DNA of 63,840 nt, filler included, from Hausera hauseri (Eukaryota): assembly GCA_046269625.1 (NCBI GenBank). It is 12 parts of 12 records of this genome, joined end to end, with 100 filler letters (N's around TTAATTAATTAA, not from the genome) between each part and the next. Parts side by side here need not be neighbours in the genome. Positions count along the whole stretch, not along the records: positions 10,063 to 14,231 come from JBJURY010723880.1; positions 14,332 to 21,903 come from JBJURY010006012.1; positions 22,004 to 29,929 come from JBJURY010869848.1; 9 more parts are not named here. One strand, 5' to 3'. Below, piece after piece: positions 10,490-23,715 of this stretch. How positions within the stretch are numbered: position 1 is the stretch's first letter; each line of letters opens with the position of its first letter. A program made the position numbers and the translations under genes. Under the pieces are notes generated by a model. That model was not told the DNA's origin. It searched no databases and was given only the letters and a program-made list of their open reading frames with translations.

Positions 10490-13400
10490 ACCTACAATGC
10501 CAATACGCCAAACTCTTCTTTCGCCCCACTCACTTTCGCTTATCATCGGTGTATGACAAAGCAACTTTGGCACTGGATATTGTATACAGCTGGTGCTCAA
10601 TTGTTCGGATGATCGTTTGAGACACAACAGCCTTTGATTGCCCTTCTTCATAGATAGGGCGATAATCACCGTAGCTTATTTCCGTCTGGGCAAACTGAAC
10701 TCCTTTGGGGCGCATTTTTCGTCCACAGTCAGTTAAAAGACTATAACATTTTGGCCGTAGAAATATCCATTCCCGATACTGAAGACGACCTTCACTTTCA
10801 TCCTTGAAGCAGACGATTTTGTTTGTGATGGCGTTGCTGTACAATGGATGATTCTGTGGATAATTCGACGTGTCCAGTAATCCGTCTGCCATTATTTGCA
10901 CGGTAGTTGTTCGCGATTAACTTTTCCAGTTTCAAGAAAAAACTGACTGTGTCATCGGCAATTACATTGATCTTGCACCCGCCGCCGAACATTTGCCGGT
11001 AACATGCCAAATCGCGATACTGCAGCTCATATATCCGCAACTTGCTCAGGTCCAATACCCCTTGTCCTATATAACTTAACCGGTCCAGTACGACTTTTTC
11101 CCTGTTTAAAAGCACGGCAACTAATCCATCTGCAATGTGCATTGATCGCCTGAACTGTGCCTTGCTCGTGTACGTGACCAACCGCTTTTCGCTATGCCAT
11201 ATGAATACATTGAGCTGCTTTTTCAGATTCTCTACTGTTTTTCAGTAGATTTGTTTTTCAGTTTGTAATAGTCTTTTCAAACTTTTTACATGCTGCAGCT
11301 CGTTCTTCCCAATTCCGACTGATGTACGGCTTGAATATTGGAGCCTGTGCGAATCGGATTGCGCGATGCAGCTGTGTGACGTGTACACCCAACTGCATGC
11401 AAAAGTGTAACAGACGCCAATGAACTATGTAATTTTGCTTTGCTTCATGCGTCATAAGCAGCTTCTTTACCTTCGAGGCCGGCGGACATTGGCTAATTGG
11501 TGCGACCGGCAATTCATCCAGAAAGTCATGCAGCTCATCTGCTACCACGAGATCGACATCCATCAGGTATCCGATTAAGCTGTTTTCTGCTGTCGTGTCT
11601 GCTCTCGGAACATTTTCCAGTATTGTGTCCAGGTCCTGCTTGTCGACTACCCATTCGAATGAACCGTACGGCAAGGATTGTGAAAGCGCTCAACCGTACA
11701 GGTTATTAATGTCGATATACGACAGTGATGTAGTATAATCACTGATTACGTGATGCTTGTTGGCAAATGTCATGCCGCCACAAATACCAACATCAAATAT
11801 TCGGTACATTTCCGGCTCTTGCAATAGCTCGATATCCCGATCCAGTGACATAAGAGCTGATGCCCAACTCATTCTGGGTATTGAGTAAAAGTTGAGTGGC
11901 TCCAGCCTATCTTATGCCAACGCTTTAGCTCCAAATGTCTGAAACACATCGACTAACAGGTGCACGTCCAATTTCAGATACTGAAGCATGTACTCCAACA
12001 GGTTTCTGCAGCCAAACTCTGCCCAAAACAACTGCACTTTGTGATATTCTTCTATGATACCGGGCCATTGCGGTGGTAATTCGTCTGTCGTCTGGAGCCG
12101 CTCGTATGATATCGCAAAGTCATACGAGAATATGCCTTTCCTAGAAGCAATATATGTGGGGAACTGAGTCAATGTTAGCGGCACATCTGGCAAGGTATTT
12201 AGCAGCTTTTCCAGAGATTCATTGAAAAATTGCAATAAATCAAGGAAGCGTATCTGGAACCGGTTAATACGAGCAGACAGTGACAGGTATTTCTCCATCG
12301 TAGTAGGAATTATGGATAGTTCCCAGTGCGGAAATCCGTGTATGGCCCATTTGAAAATATGTTGACAATCATAACCCCGGAAGTTACGAAAAATCACCGG
12401 AAGGAATCGCCTCACATGCCTCGCCAAATTGCATGAATTGCATGTTGCTCCGAGATATCAAACTGTAAAATGGTCGTGATCCGGTACGAGCCGTTCCTGT
12501 GCATCAAACGGTAATATTTTATGGCACAGGCAACATTCATCTGTGACTGCAAACGTCAGGCGTTCATCTTCTGTCCACATCGAAGGTTTATTGCTATTTG
12601 TACTGTACCAGGGTGCGATTTCCGTTTCTATTATTGTTTCCAACTGATGCAAAAAGTCGCGTACGCAGTTCCAGCCATGAAAACGTAATGTGGTTGACCA
12701 GTGCTTTTATTGAGACAACCAACATACCGACGGCGATTGGAACATGTTCTTGGTCATATGTTGGGCCATGGTAAGATAGCTTCGATATCGGCATATGCTA
12801 CATATGCCGGACTGTCTGTTTTTGACCATTCAGTGAACCTAAGGTCCTTTTTGACGGCATGACATTCATTGTTGTTCCCGATGAATTTTGTCTGCAGTGT
12901 CACATGTTTCTCCCATGTTACTTCCGACCTAAATCCTTACAGACAGAGGACACCATTTACAACGTATACACTTTTCGATGAAGTGGTCATGTTCCATGTT
13001 CAACAGTCTGTTCAAATTTGTCACGGTCACGTAATGGAATTTTCCGTCCTTTTTCTCTAACAGCAACAAATTTATTGGGCGTCCATTCGAGTTCCAACTT
13101 CTATAGATTACGTCCACATAGGGGTTCTTGTAAATCTCTTCGTCTGCCAGTATTTCTACGATTGTGTTGTACCGAAATACGTTAACTGACAGTGTCCGGT
13201 TATGCCGCTCAAAAGTCGGAATGGTTTTCAGTTTCATCAAAGTCCAATTAGGAAAAATAATGCCGATACTGATTTGGACGATATGCACTGTCATATTTTA
13301 ACGGCCAGAATACTATAAATGNNNNNNNNNNTAAATGAAACAGTATTCGTCATCAGTATTTTTTACATTCACTGCCGCATAAGAGTTCTTTAGAGCTGTA

Positions 13401-14231
13401 GGTGTCGGTATAAATGATCTTCCGGACAGGCAAATTATATCACTCGACCTTATTATAATAAAGCCGAGAGTGACAATTTTTATAATTTGTCATCCACTAC
13501 CCTTTTCTGTGTAGTTGGTGATTTTTTCGTCGAGCTTTTCGCCTATATCGACAATAAAATCGTCGGAATACGGTTCGGCTCGATGTGACAGATACCATTG
13601 TTTCCTGTCACCTTCCAAATTTTCGAATTCTGCAAGTGCATAATATTGCACTTTGCAATGGAGATATTTGAATTTCTCAACTTCGGATTTCAAACGGTTG
13701 CGCACATTTTGCGAAACATGTCTCAGTTCCGTTGTTGTTTTCACAGACATGTTCACTTTTATGTCCACGTACGATCTGTTCATATAGTACTTGACTGTAA
13801 TGGGAATATTGGCCTCATGTTGTAGTTGTTGATGATGATAACCCTGCTGCTCCTGTTGTTGCTGCTACTCTGTACTGTGTCTGATTAAGTCGTCAAGACT
13901 TGTTGAGGTCTGACGTTTCCTACGGGTTGTTGTTTTTTCGACCGCTTAAAGTGGTTTAAGTAATCCTTGTGCAGATTATAAAATTGTTCATAGTTGATTT
14001 GAGTTTCAACTATTGAACAAGCGGGACAAACGTAGGCCGGTTTATTGTGCAGCGTTGTGGTGCCATAGTATTGCTCCATTGCACTATGACAACCACTAAC
14101 GTTGTGCACTTTATTATTGCAGTAGTGTGGGTATGTGGGAAAATGCTCAACCATCATCTTAGATCGAGTAAACGGTCCGAGTTGATGCTTGTGCACCTCA
14201 TAAAAGTCGGGGTACGGACAGTGGGCTGAAA
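10490..14231 (-). mobile_element. Polinton/adintovirus-like protein-primed DNA polymerase B, copy 1 (degenerate)
   Basis: N-terminal Cys/His region, EKGSG, YADIE (ExoI), FRNFRGYD (ExoII), DHDHFT...C..CN insert, YIDINNLYG, IADDTVSFF (decayed DTDS), FLRPKCYS, ALSYTDDKR. Confidence 0.9.
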
Positions 14232-14382
14232 NNNNNNNNNNNNNNNNNNNNNNNNNNNNNNNNNNNNNNNNNNNNTTAATTAATTAANNNNNNNNNNNNN
14301 NNNNNNNNNNNNNNNNNNNNNNNNNNNNNNNAAAAAAAAATAAAATAATATTGACAAAAGGTTAGCATGCAATAGGCACCAC

Positions 14383-17300
14383 AATATCCCCCCGTGGCTG
14401 AGTTGAAAACTGTAAAGATAAAATTAAAAGAAAATCCCGAAAACAAACAGTATAATTTGTTTAATAAGTTTTTGTGCGTACAAGACGTTGTAATCCTTCG
14501 TTATTTAATTTTCTACTATAGGTACTGAATGTAACTGATTTGCGATGTACCTTTACCTTAGTGTCTGACTGTTGACGGGGTTTGGCAAAAGAAACATTAG
14601 ATTTAGTATGATTGGGTGTTGTGTCTGGGGAAGGTAATGCAAAAGAGGGAAAAGAGGTGATTGTAGGTTAATTATTCCGGTTTTCTGCGATAGTTTCGGA
14701 AAGTGATAGGTTGAGAGAGGAAGTAGAAATAGGCAAAGGTATAGGTGTAATAAAAGTAGGAGGAGAGAAAAATGCGGAAATGGAGACAGGAATGGAATTG
14801 GTAGGTTACGATATATTCACAGAAACGGGGAAAGCGGAATGATGTGTGGTAGACTGAGGAATTGAAGTCGGGGTATAGGTGGGTACAGGGTGAGAAAAGA
14901 GGTTGATGTTTCGATTGGTGAGGTATCGTAGACGTAAAAGGCAGGTTTTAAATTAGTAATATGCACTACAACTTCTTTCCCGTCTTTGAGGATAATAGCG
15001 TTGTGCAAATGCAGCTGCACTAATTTATAGGGTCCTAAGTACTGTGGCTGGAAACCACACGGTGTCTGATTTTTTAACCATACAAACTTTGCCGAGTATA
15101 AGTCTTCTGGTATGTAAGATTTGTCATTATGTAAGAGCCTGCAAGACGAATCCTTGCTGATTGTAACGAAGTGATCCTGTGCTGCTCGTATACTCTCGTC
15201 TGTAGGGGTCTCTTCTAGAACGGTTAGTTCAAACAATGACTATACAGGGGCTCCGAATAAAGCTTCCGTTGGTGAGCATCCTGCGGAAGTGGATGGAGTG
15301 TTCCGCCAACCAAGCAGAACGAACGGTAGAAGGGTATTCCAATTTGTGTTTGATTGTGCAAGGATTCTAAGTGATGTTTTCAATGTTTGGTGGAAACGTT
15401 CGAAAAGGCCGTTCGATTGGGCGTGATAAAGTATTATATGAATGTGGCTTATTCCCAATCGGTTGACTAGGGATTTGAACAGATTTGATTCAAATTGAGG
15501 ACCTTGATCTGAGATGATATAACGATGGGCCCCGAACCTACTAATCCACGTTCGAATGAAAGTATCTGCTATTGTGTCCGAATTTGTGTTCCGCAGTGAG
15601 ATGGCTTTCGGCCATTGCGAGAAACGGTCCATCATGGTCAGAATAAATTGGTGGCCATTGTCTGTTGGGAGGGCACCGACTATATCAATATGTACTGTTT
15701 CAAAACGTGATATGCAGGGGAAGTGGTATATTGGTGGTTTCAAATGTTTTATTGTTTTATATTTTTGACAAACCACGCACTCTTTAATCTATGCTTGCAC
15801 ATCGGCGCACATGGAAGGCCAAACTACTGGATGTTGAAGCAAGCGAAAAGTTGCCTTGGCACCAAGATTATGTAATGAATGTATACTATCATATGTTTTC
15901 ATTTGTGTAAAGAAGAGCAAGAATTATTTTGGAATGTCCTGGTTTGAAATTATCTAAGGCCACACGGTCAACGATGTGGTGAGACCTGATCGACTTGAGA
16001 ATATCTTAAGATGGCTGATTTTCTTGACGTTTTAATGAAAAGTTGATTGAACCGACTGATCTAGATAAGACATCGGCAACTAGATTGTCAACACCGTCAA
16101 TGTGTTTAATGTCGAAGTTAAATGTGGATAAATATGAAATTTGTCGTTCTTGTCAAGTTGAAGGGTGGTTCATTGCCATTACATTAATCAACGGTTTGTG
16201 ATCAGTTTGAATAACAAAATGACGAGCTGTAAGTAAATGGGAAAAATGTTTTAAAGCAAGAACGATTGCCAGCAGTTCCCGATCGAAAGTTGAATATATA
16301 GTTTCGGGCAGTTTTAATTTTTGAGAAAAGAATTCTAGAGGCTGGTTTTCGCCTTTATATAATTTGTGTAGTACGGCGCTCACTGCGATGTTTAATGCAT
16401 CTGTGGTCAAAATTAGCTCAGCGTCAGGCTTAGGAAATGCTAGCATTTCAACAGTCTTTAGTCCTTTGCGTCGCCTATCAAACCTTTTAACCATTTGTGG
16501 TGTCAACTGGATTTTCTGGTGTTTTTTCCTCCGCTTAAGTGTGCAGAAGGTGCCATGAGTTCCAAACAATATGGAATATATTTGTGGACGAAATGCAAGG
16601 TACCAAGAAAACTGCGCATTTCTGTCGTTGTCCCAGGTAGTTGGACGTTTTTAAGAGTCTCAACTTGATCAGGCTAAGGTGAATGGCCGTTTGATCAGAT
16701 AATATGTCCACGAAAATTAACGCGTTTTTGGAAAAAGTTACATTTTGCAAAACTGATCTCTAAGTTGAACTGAATAAGTCATTTGAAGATAGATCATAGG
16801 TGTTCCTGGTGTTGTTTTACAGAAGAAGAAGCAACCAAGATATTGTCAATATATGTGTGTGCAAAAGGGAAGTCTGAAAGGATTGAATCGACGTGTCGCT
16901 GAAAAGTCTGCGTAGCACTCCGGAGACCGAAAGGCATGTACAAGTACTCATAAAGACCGAAAGGTGTGGTAAGGGTAGTTTTCCTGATGTCTTCCGGTGC
17001 GACAGGAATTTGATGGTATGCTTTTTCTAAATTAATTGTTGAATACATTGTAGTAGAATTAAGCTGATGTAATATGTCTTTATTCAATGGTAGTGGATAT
17101 GTATCCACTATGGTTAAAGTATTAAACTGGCGATAATCGCCGCATCGTCGGAAAGATTCATCTTTTTTGGAAAACGTGGATAGGAGAAGACCATGGGAAT
17201 TTAGATCTACGAACAATACCTAATTGTTCGAGTTCAAAAAATTACGCCTTTACTGCATGCCTGCGACAAGGTGACAATGGACGAACCTTTTGTCGAATTG

Positions 17301-17640
17301 GTCTTTGGTGTCGTGTAATTATATGGTGGTAAATGCCGTTTACAAGGATGAAATTCCGATATTTCTGGAGAATAGGAGGACAAAAAGTATTGATGAATTG
17401 TTGTAAACTTACGGGTAGTTGCTGGAATATTGGAAGTGACGATGAACCGATGTTGCTAGCAGTACTTGGTGAATGTTGGATGATTGGTGGTGGGAAATCG
17501 AGTGGAATTTAATGTAGAGTAGTCGTGTCCAAGACCATATTTGAGTAAGTGTTTAGTGATTTTACTGAAGATACAAGATCGTGAGTGTCAGCATTGAGTT
17601 GTGGCTGACTATCGACATTGTTCTTTAAAAGCTTACGAGG
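14383..17640 (-). mobile_element. pol: Ty3/Gypsy family B (CsRN1-like) RT-RNaseH-IN, degenerate
   Basis: RRCGDYRQFN, YLYMPFGLRSA, YIDNILVAS, LTTDALN, YSTFDRELLA, TDHKPL, HIDIVG...ISDQGPQF...NGLFER, PQYLGPY. A PPT-like GGGGGGATA directly precedes TGT at ~14383. Confidence 0.9.
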
Positions 17641-17646
17641 TAAAAC

Positions 17647-20445
17647 GTGATAGTTAAGAGAATTAGTATGGGGTTGCGGTACAATACAATAATAGAAATA
17701 CCGGCAAACGAAGAAATATATAAGAACCCCTATGTGGACATAATTTATCGAAATCGGAACGCAAGTGGACGCCTAATACATTTGTTACTGCTGGAGCAAA
17801 AAGAAAAGCTCTATTACATGGCAGTAACCAATTTTGACCGACTGTTAAACATGGATCACCATCAGTTTGTCCAAAAGCGTATACAATGTAAATTGTGTCC
17901 TGCATGTCTGCATGGTTTCAGGTCAAAAACAACATAGGAGAAACATGTGACGCTGTTCAAGCAGAATTTAACGGAAACAACCATGTACGTCATGCCACCC
18001 AAAAAGGAGCTCCGATTCAATGACTGGTCGAAAACGGACAATCCGGCATATGTGTTATGTGCTAATGTTGAGGCAATTCTACCCCGGCACAACGTGCATG
18101 ATCAAAAACACGTTCCAATCGCCGTTGGTATATTGATTGTCTCAATAAAAGCGGTTGGTTAGCCGCGGTATTACGTCTTTCATGGCTGGAACTGTGTATG
18201 TGATTTCCTTCAGCGTTTGGAAACGATAGTGGAAACGGAAATCGAGCCGTGGTATCGCAATAATTCCACTAAACCATTGATTTGGACAGATGAATATGAA
18301 CCGAATATGTTCGCTGCGACCGATGAATGCTACTTGTGACACAAAATATTACCGTTCGATGCACACAAACGGCTCGTACAGGACTATGACCATTTCACCG
18401 GTCGATATTTGGGAGCAACATGCAATTCGTGAAATTTGGCCAGGCGTGTGCGGCCATTCCTGACTGTGATTTTTCATAACTTCCGGAGTTATGATTGTCA
18501 CCATATTTTAAAATGGGCCATTAATGGATTTCCCGCTGAGAACTATCAGTAATCTCAATAACAATGAAGAAATACCTGTCCCTGTCAGCACGCATAAACC
18601 GGTTCCAGGTACGCTTCCTAAAACATTGCAATATCTCAATGAGTCTCTATCAAAGCTCGTAAATGCCTGGAAGAATGTGCTGATAACATTGACGAAATTT
18701 CCCACATATTGCGCGTAGCAAAGACATTCCCGTATGACATTGCAACATCATATGAGCGACTTCGAATAGAAGAAGAATTACCGCCCCGATGGACAGGTGT
18801 CGCATAGGATGAATACTGGAAAGCACAAAAGTGTTGGACAGAACTCGGCTGTAGAAACATGTTTGATTACATGCTCCAGTATCTTAAAGTAGACATGTAC
18901 TTATTAGCCGATTTGTTCCAAGCGTTTCGAGCGAAAGCGTTGGCTGAAGATAGGCTGGAGCCACTCAACTTTTATTCCATACATGGAATAAGTTGGGTGT
19001 CATCTCTAATGTCACTGGATCGAGACATTAAGATGCTACAAGATCCGGAAATGTACCAAACTGTTTGATGTTGGTATTCGCGGCGGTATGATATTTGCCA
19101 ACAAGCATCAGGTCAGTGCTACCGATACCACATAAGTGTTGTATATTTATATTAATAACCTGTACGGCTGGGTGCTTTCACAACCCTTGTCGTACGGTTC
19201 ATTCGAATGGGTTGTCGACAGACGAAATCTGGACGACATAATGGTCAACCTACCACGAGCAGATATGGCAGTCTCAATCGGATACCTGATGGAGGTCGAT
19301 CTCGTGATACCAGATGAGATGCATGACATTTTGGACGATTTACCGGTCGGACCATCTAACCAATGTCCGCTAGACTCAAAAGTAAAGAAACTGCTCATGG
19401 CGCATGAACAGAAGCTGTATTACGTGGTCCATTGGCGTCTGCTACAGTTCTACATGCAGCTCGGTGTACGCGTCACACAGCTGCATCGTGTAATCCGATT
19501 TGCTCGGACTCCAATATTCAAGGCATACATAGATGGAAATTCGGAGAAACGAGCCACAGCTTCTACAAAGTTCAAAAAGGATTATTACAAGCTGAAAAAC
19601 AATCCCATGTACGGAAAAACAGTGGAGAATCTGAAAAATCGGCTCAATGTACGCCTAAGTAACAGCGAAAGGCGGCTGGTTACGTATACCAGCAAGGCAC
19701 AGTTTCAGCGGTCAATGCACATTGCCGACGGATTAGTATAGCTGCTGTTAAACAGAAAAGTCGTTCTGGACCGGTCAAATTACATCGGACAAGGGGTATT
19801 GGACCTGAGCAAGGTGCGCATGTATGAGCAACAGCATCGCGACTTGGCACGTTACCGGCAAATGTTCGACGGCTGTAACATGAGTATACTTGCCGCTGAC
19901 AGACGGTTTTTTCCTGCGGTTGAAAAGTCAATCGCAAACAGCTACTGCAGAAAATGCAGTCAGATGGATTACTGAACACGTCCAACTACCCACCGGAACA
20001 TCTGTTGTACAGCAGCGCGATAACCAACAAAATCGGCTGCTTCAAGGATGAATGTGAAAATCGGGATCACTATCGGGAATGGATATTCCTACGCTCAAAA
20101 TGCTACAGTCTTCTGACGGACTGTAGACCGAAAATGCGAGCAAAAGGAGTCCAGCTTAAGCAGACGGAAATCGGCCACGGTGATTATCGCCATATATCTA
20201 AATCAGCAGCAGCAGCAGAAGAAGAAGGAGGACAATCAGTGGTTGTTGTGTCTCAAACGATCATCCGATCAATTGAGCACCAGTTGTTCACAATAACTAG
20301 TGCGAAAGTCGCTTTGTCATGTAACGATGATAAGCGAAAGTGGGTGGGGCGTAATAAACTTTGGCATATGGACATTGGCAGCCGAAATAAACGCACGTCC
20401 AAACAATCGGTGCTCTGTCCGTTAAGATCAGTTTATTTCCTGTGA
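17647..20445 (+). mobile_element. Polinton/adintovirus-like pPolB, copy 2 (5'-truncated, degenerate)
   Basis: INNLYGWVLSQPL, YYKLKNNPMYGKTVEN, KIGCFKDE, ALSCNDDKR; collinear with copies 1 and 3. Confidence 0.9.
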
Positions 20446-20650
20446 CAGTCATTAACAATTATCCGATGTATATTGCATTTTTATATTTCAATAACGTATT
20501 TTGCTCAGCATCTTTTGTGTTTTGTTTTCGTTTACTTAACCTATTCATAAAAGTAAAACAATAACCTTGCTCGAGAAAACAAAACATGTAACACAAATAC
20601 ATTTATTTATTGATCAGAGAAAAACTAAAATCGCAAAAACACAAAGTCAG

Positions 20651-21100
20651 TTAAATCATAGTAAACTTACCCATTTTCCATATTGGGGATTTGATGCCGC
20701 TCCTTCCCTTAAATCCTCTGAGCTTCAGTGCCAGGCAGCCTTTAGGTCCTTCCGGTGGCCAAACTGCTGCTACTTCTCCGCTATGTGAAGCATATTTTCG
20801 CCATATTTCCTTTGAGAAAAATCGAAGATGTATCTCGGATATCGTTACTCAACGCAAATCACTGTCAACTTTTCTAATTGTGCCTTCCATTGTATCCAAA
20901 TCATCGTCGCTGATCTTTTTCACCAATAGACCATATTTCACCGGTTTGATTTTTACCGTTTGGGTCAATGGCAATTGAATAGCGTTGCGCAGATAATGTA
21001 AGTTGTATCCATTATACAATCAGAAATTTCTGAGCGAATATTTGCTGTACCGTGGCTTTTTTGAGAGACTGTGACCTGCTGAATTGTTTTCCAAAGACAT
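20651..21100 (-). pseudogene. Conserved unknown ORF next to pPolB (frameshifted homolog of 54698-55162)
   Basis: Starts MSLENNSAGHSLSKK, contains YNGYNLHYLRNAIQLPLTQ, ends WKMGKFTMI. Confidence 0.8.
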
Positions 21101-21239
21101 TTTTTTTAAAAAGACAAACGTGAAATAAAATTGCATCTCTATTTATATCAAATTTGTTCACACCGGTTTGCTTTCATTGTAAACAAGAGATATTTACTTT
21201 GTGAGAATTCTCATCAGAATGATACAAATTACCTCCACG

Positions 21240-21717
21240 TCTCCGTTCATTCGTAATGTGTACAATATCCATTATAACACATTTACATTCTGGACATTGG
21301 TGGGTTACTTTAGCGGTAGAACACATTTGACAAATAACAAGATGGCCGCACATTAAGAATACCGTGTACACTTTTCTTCGTTTACATAGTACACACAAAC
21401 TGACAGTCTCGTACTTTGTCCATTATTTTCGATTTCAGGTTCTTTAATTCACCGCGTACCTTTTCAACAGTATTGAAGTAATTTATAGTATACAATCGGT
21501 GAATGCACATTTGATTTAAAACAATAATTAGATTTTCTATAGAGCTGCAATCTGTTGTTGTATTCAATGCTATTGACGCTAAATCTTCTTTAAATCCAAA
21601 ATCACCTGCTGCTCTCGCAACCAGATGACTATCAAGTACTTGCCACCATCGTACCAAGTCTGAAATTGATAATCCCTAAAAATTTTGCAATTGCTTTAGT
21701 TGATTAACTATCTCCAT
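21240..21717 (-). pseudogene. IAP-like UBA + C3HC4 RING protein without BIR domains
   Basis: LDSHLVARAAGDFGFKEDLASIAL...SSIENLIIVL (IAP UBA-like), then CVLCKRRKVYTVFLMCGHLVICQMCS...CPECK (IAP-type RING). ATG at 21717, with an early stop and a frameshift. Confidence 0.72.
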
Positions 21718-22039
21718 GATGACCAATATTATTTCCTACCCGTATTTTTAGCTTTTGAATTATTCTACTGACCAATACGGCGGACCTTATTTACAGAAAG
21801 AAAGAAACAGAGAATTACATTTATTTGTTTACATGAAATATATTCAATACAAAGCCGTAGACTTTTCTGTAAGCGGTCCATGATCACGATACGGACATCT
21901 AATNNNNNNNNNNNNNNNNNNNNNNNNNNNNNNNNNNNNNNNNNNNNTTAATTAATTAANNNNNNNNNNNNNNNNNNNNNNNNNNNNNNNNNNNNNNNNN
22001 NNNCCCCCATGGCATTCATAATGCTATGGGACTAAAATA

Positions 22040-22145
22040 CCCAACATAAAGTTTGATGTTTAGCTACTTATACCCAACATAAAATTTCTTGTTTAGCTAC
22101 TTATACACAACATAGTTTGTCATTTAGCTACTTATATCCAACACT
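22040..22145. repeat. Short tandem repeat, about 3 units of ~35-40 bp
   Basis: TTTAGCTACTTATA(C/T)...CAACA recurs three times. Confidence 0.7.
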
Positions 22146-23305
22146 TAGCAGCAAAGGAATAAAAAAAAAAAAAAGACAGCTGCACAAAAATTAGCTTATT
22201 ATTTTTAACCATTCAGAGATTCCATCTACATTCCCTTAAGTAACATATCTTATTGAATCACTTCACCATCTTAAAGCAACAATGGATATGAAAGAATATC
22301 CAAAAAAATAAAATAAAATAAAATTTGGTTATGAAGTCTTACCAGGAACTGAAATTTAAAGAGCACAAAACTATGTTATGACTTCATCAGGACTAAACTG
22401 TTACTGTTTCCTATCTTAACAGTCCTCTCCTTACACACTAAAGGATATGACACTAGGCCAAATTTTCTTGTAAAATGCAGCACATGAAAGGGTAATGTTG
22501 CCAACACAATACTTCACCACTTATAAATTCCCAGATAAACGTATCCAGTGATTTTTCACAGTAAAGTGAACTGGAGCATTCCTGCTGAAAACCTCTACAA
22601 TTTCCATGACAATTGTGTGCATAAATGCTCAGTCAATCGTCTGCTCCTTTTGTATTTTGCTTTCTAGTTCACTGCCTGATGTCCATGTCTCACGTGCACA
22701 CAATAATAATCAGTTGAAATAATTTTTCTAGTTTTTCATGGTGATGTAGCATCGTTACATTCTAGGTAGCTACTGCCATGTCTACTCGTCATAATTTTTC
22801 CATTTTTGTACCAAACGGTTACTTCACACCTTATACTGATGCATGCGGGAAGGCATGGTCATTGTTGATACCAGGCTGTGACCAATCCAGTATAATTTTA
22901 GCATTATTCACTGGACTTGAGCTGGGCAATTTTGTAAAGAATTTAAAAAAATAAAATAAAAGTTTTATACCATCAAAGCTCATCCCTCTCTGGGCGGTCA
23001 TTGTCTGTTACTATTCATTAGCCCATTACCTCAATTGGAACAGTTTTCAATGTGCACATCACAGAGGTGGGGGTAGCTTGTGTGTTCAAGGGTCATCAGC
23101 AGGCTACTAATTTTGACTTGTAACTCCTATGGAGTAAGAGCCAGCCGACCCCAACACCGCTGGCTGCAATGCCAGGTGCACAACACCAACTTCTTTATAT
23201 TCCCTTTCTCAATAAGATATGAAGTAACAGTTTTTATTCTAAATACATTGTAAGTGGCAATATGATAATTCTTAAACAAAAATTAACAGATCTTTTCAAT
23301 GTGAC

Positions 23306-23463
23306 CTTGTGTAAATAGCATCAATTACTCTTAGAGTTGCTGACTGTGCAGGTACGAATGATCCAATCTGAGCCATGATGCTAATCAGTGCTACCTGGCG
23401 GATGTACGAACTTTTCCCTCCCATGTTGGGTCCTGATATAACCATCACTCTCTGACCTTCTGC
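23306..23463 (-). CDS. MSH3: Internal exon of MutS homolog 3 (ATPase P-loop)
   Basis: 158-nt exon bounded by TTGCAG/GT encoding [63 protein letters not shown] favours MSH3 over MSH2. Confidence 0.82.
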
Positions 23464-23549
23464 CTGCAAGACAATAGAAAAATATAATAATAATGACCTA
23501 TTCACCTTGTGATACCACAAAACTGATGAAAATGAACACGAGTGTGGAG

Positions 23550-23715
23550 GAACCCATAATAGTGAATGACAGGCAGTTGGAAGAAGTGAAGTAATTTGTC
23601 TATCTTGGAAGCAAGGTTACATCAAATGGCGACTGCATGAAGGAAATAAATAGTAGAATAAGTCAAGCAAATTACAATTTTGCATCCCTCCGATCAATCT
23701 GGAAAACAAACATTC
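23550..23715 (+). mobile_element. RTE-like LINE RT fragment
   Basis: [37 protein letters not shown]. Confidence 0.7.

Noticed and set aside
10063-21903. A single large element made of inverted pPolB copies flanking a Gypsy
   Set aside because: A contig spacer at 14232-14331 separates the two pPolB copies, so the arrangement is artificial.
23296-23520. Bacterial mutS gene
   Set aside because: Similarity is confined to a segment bounded by AG/GT splice sites, so it is a eukaryotic exon.
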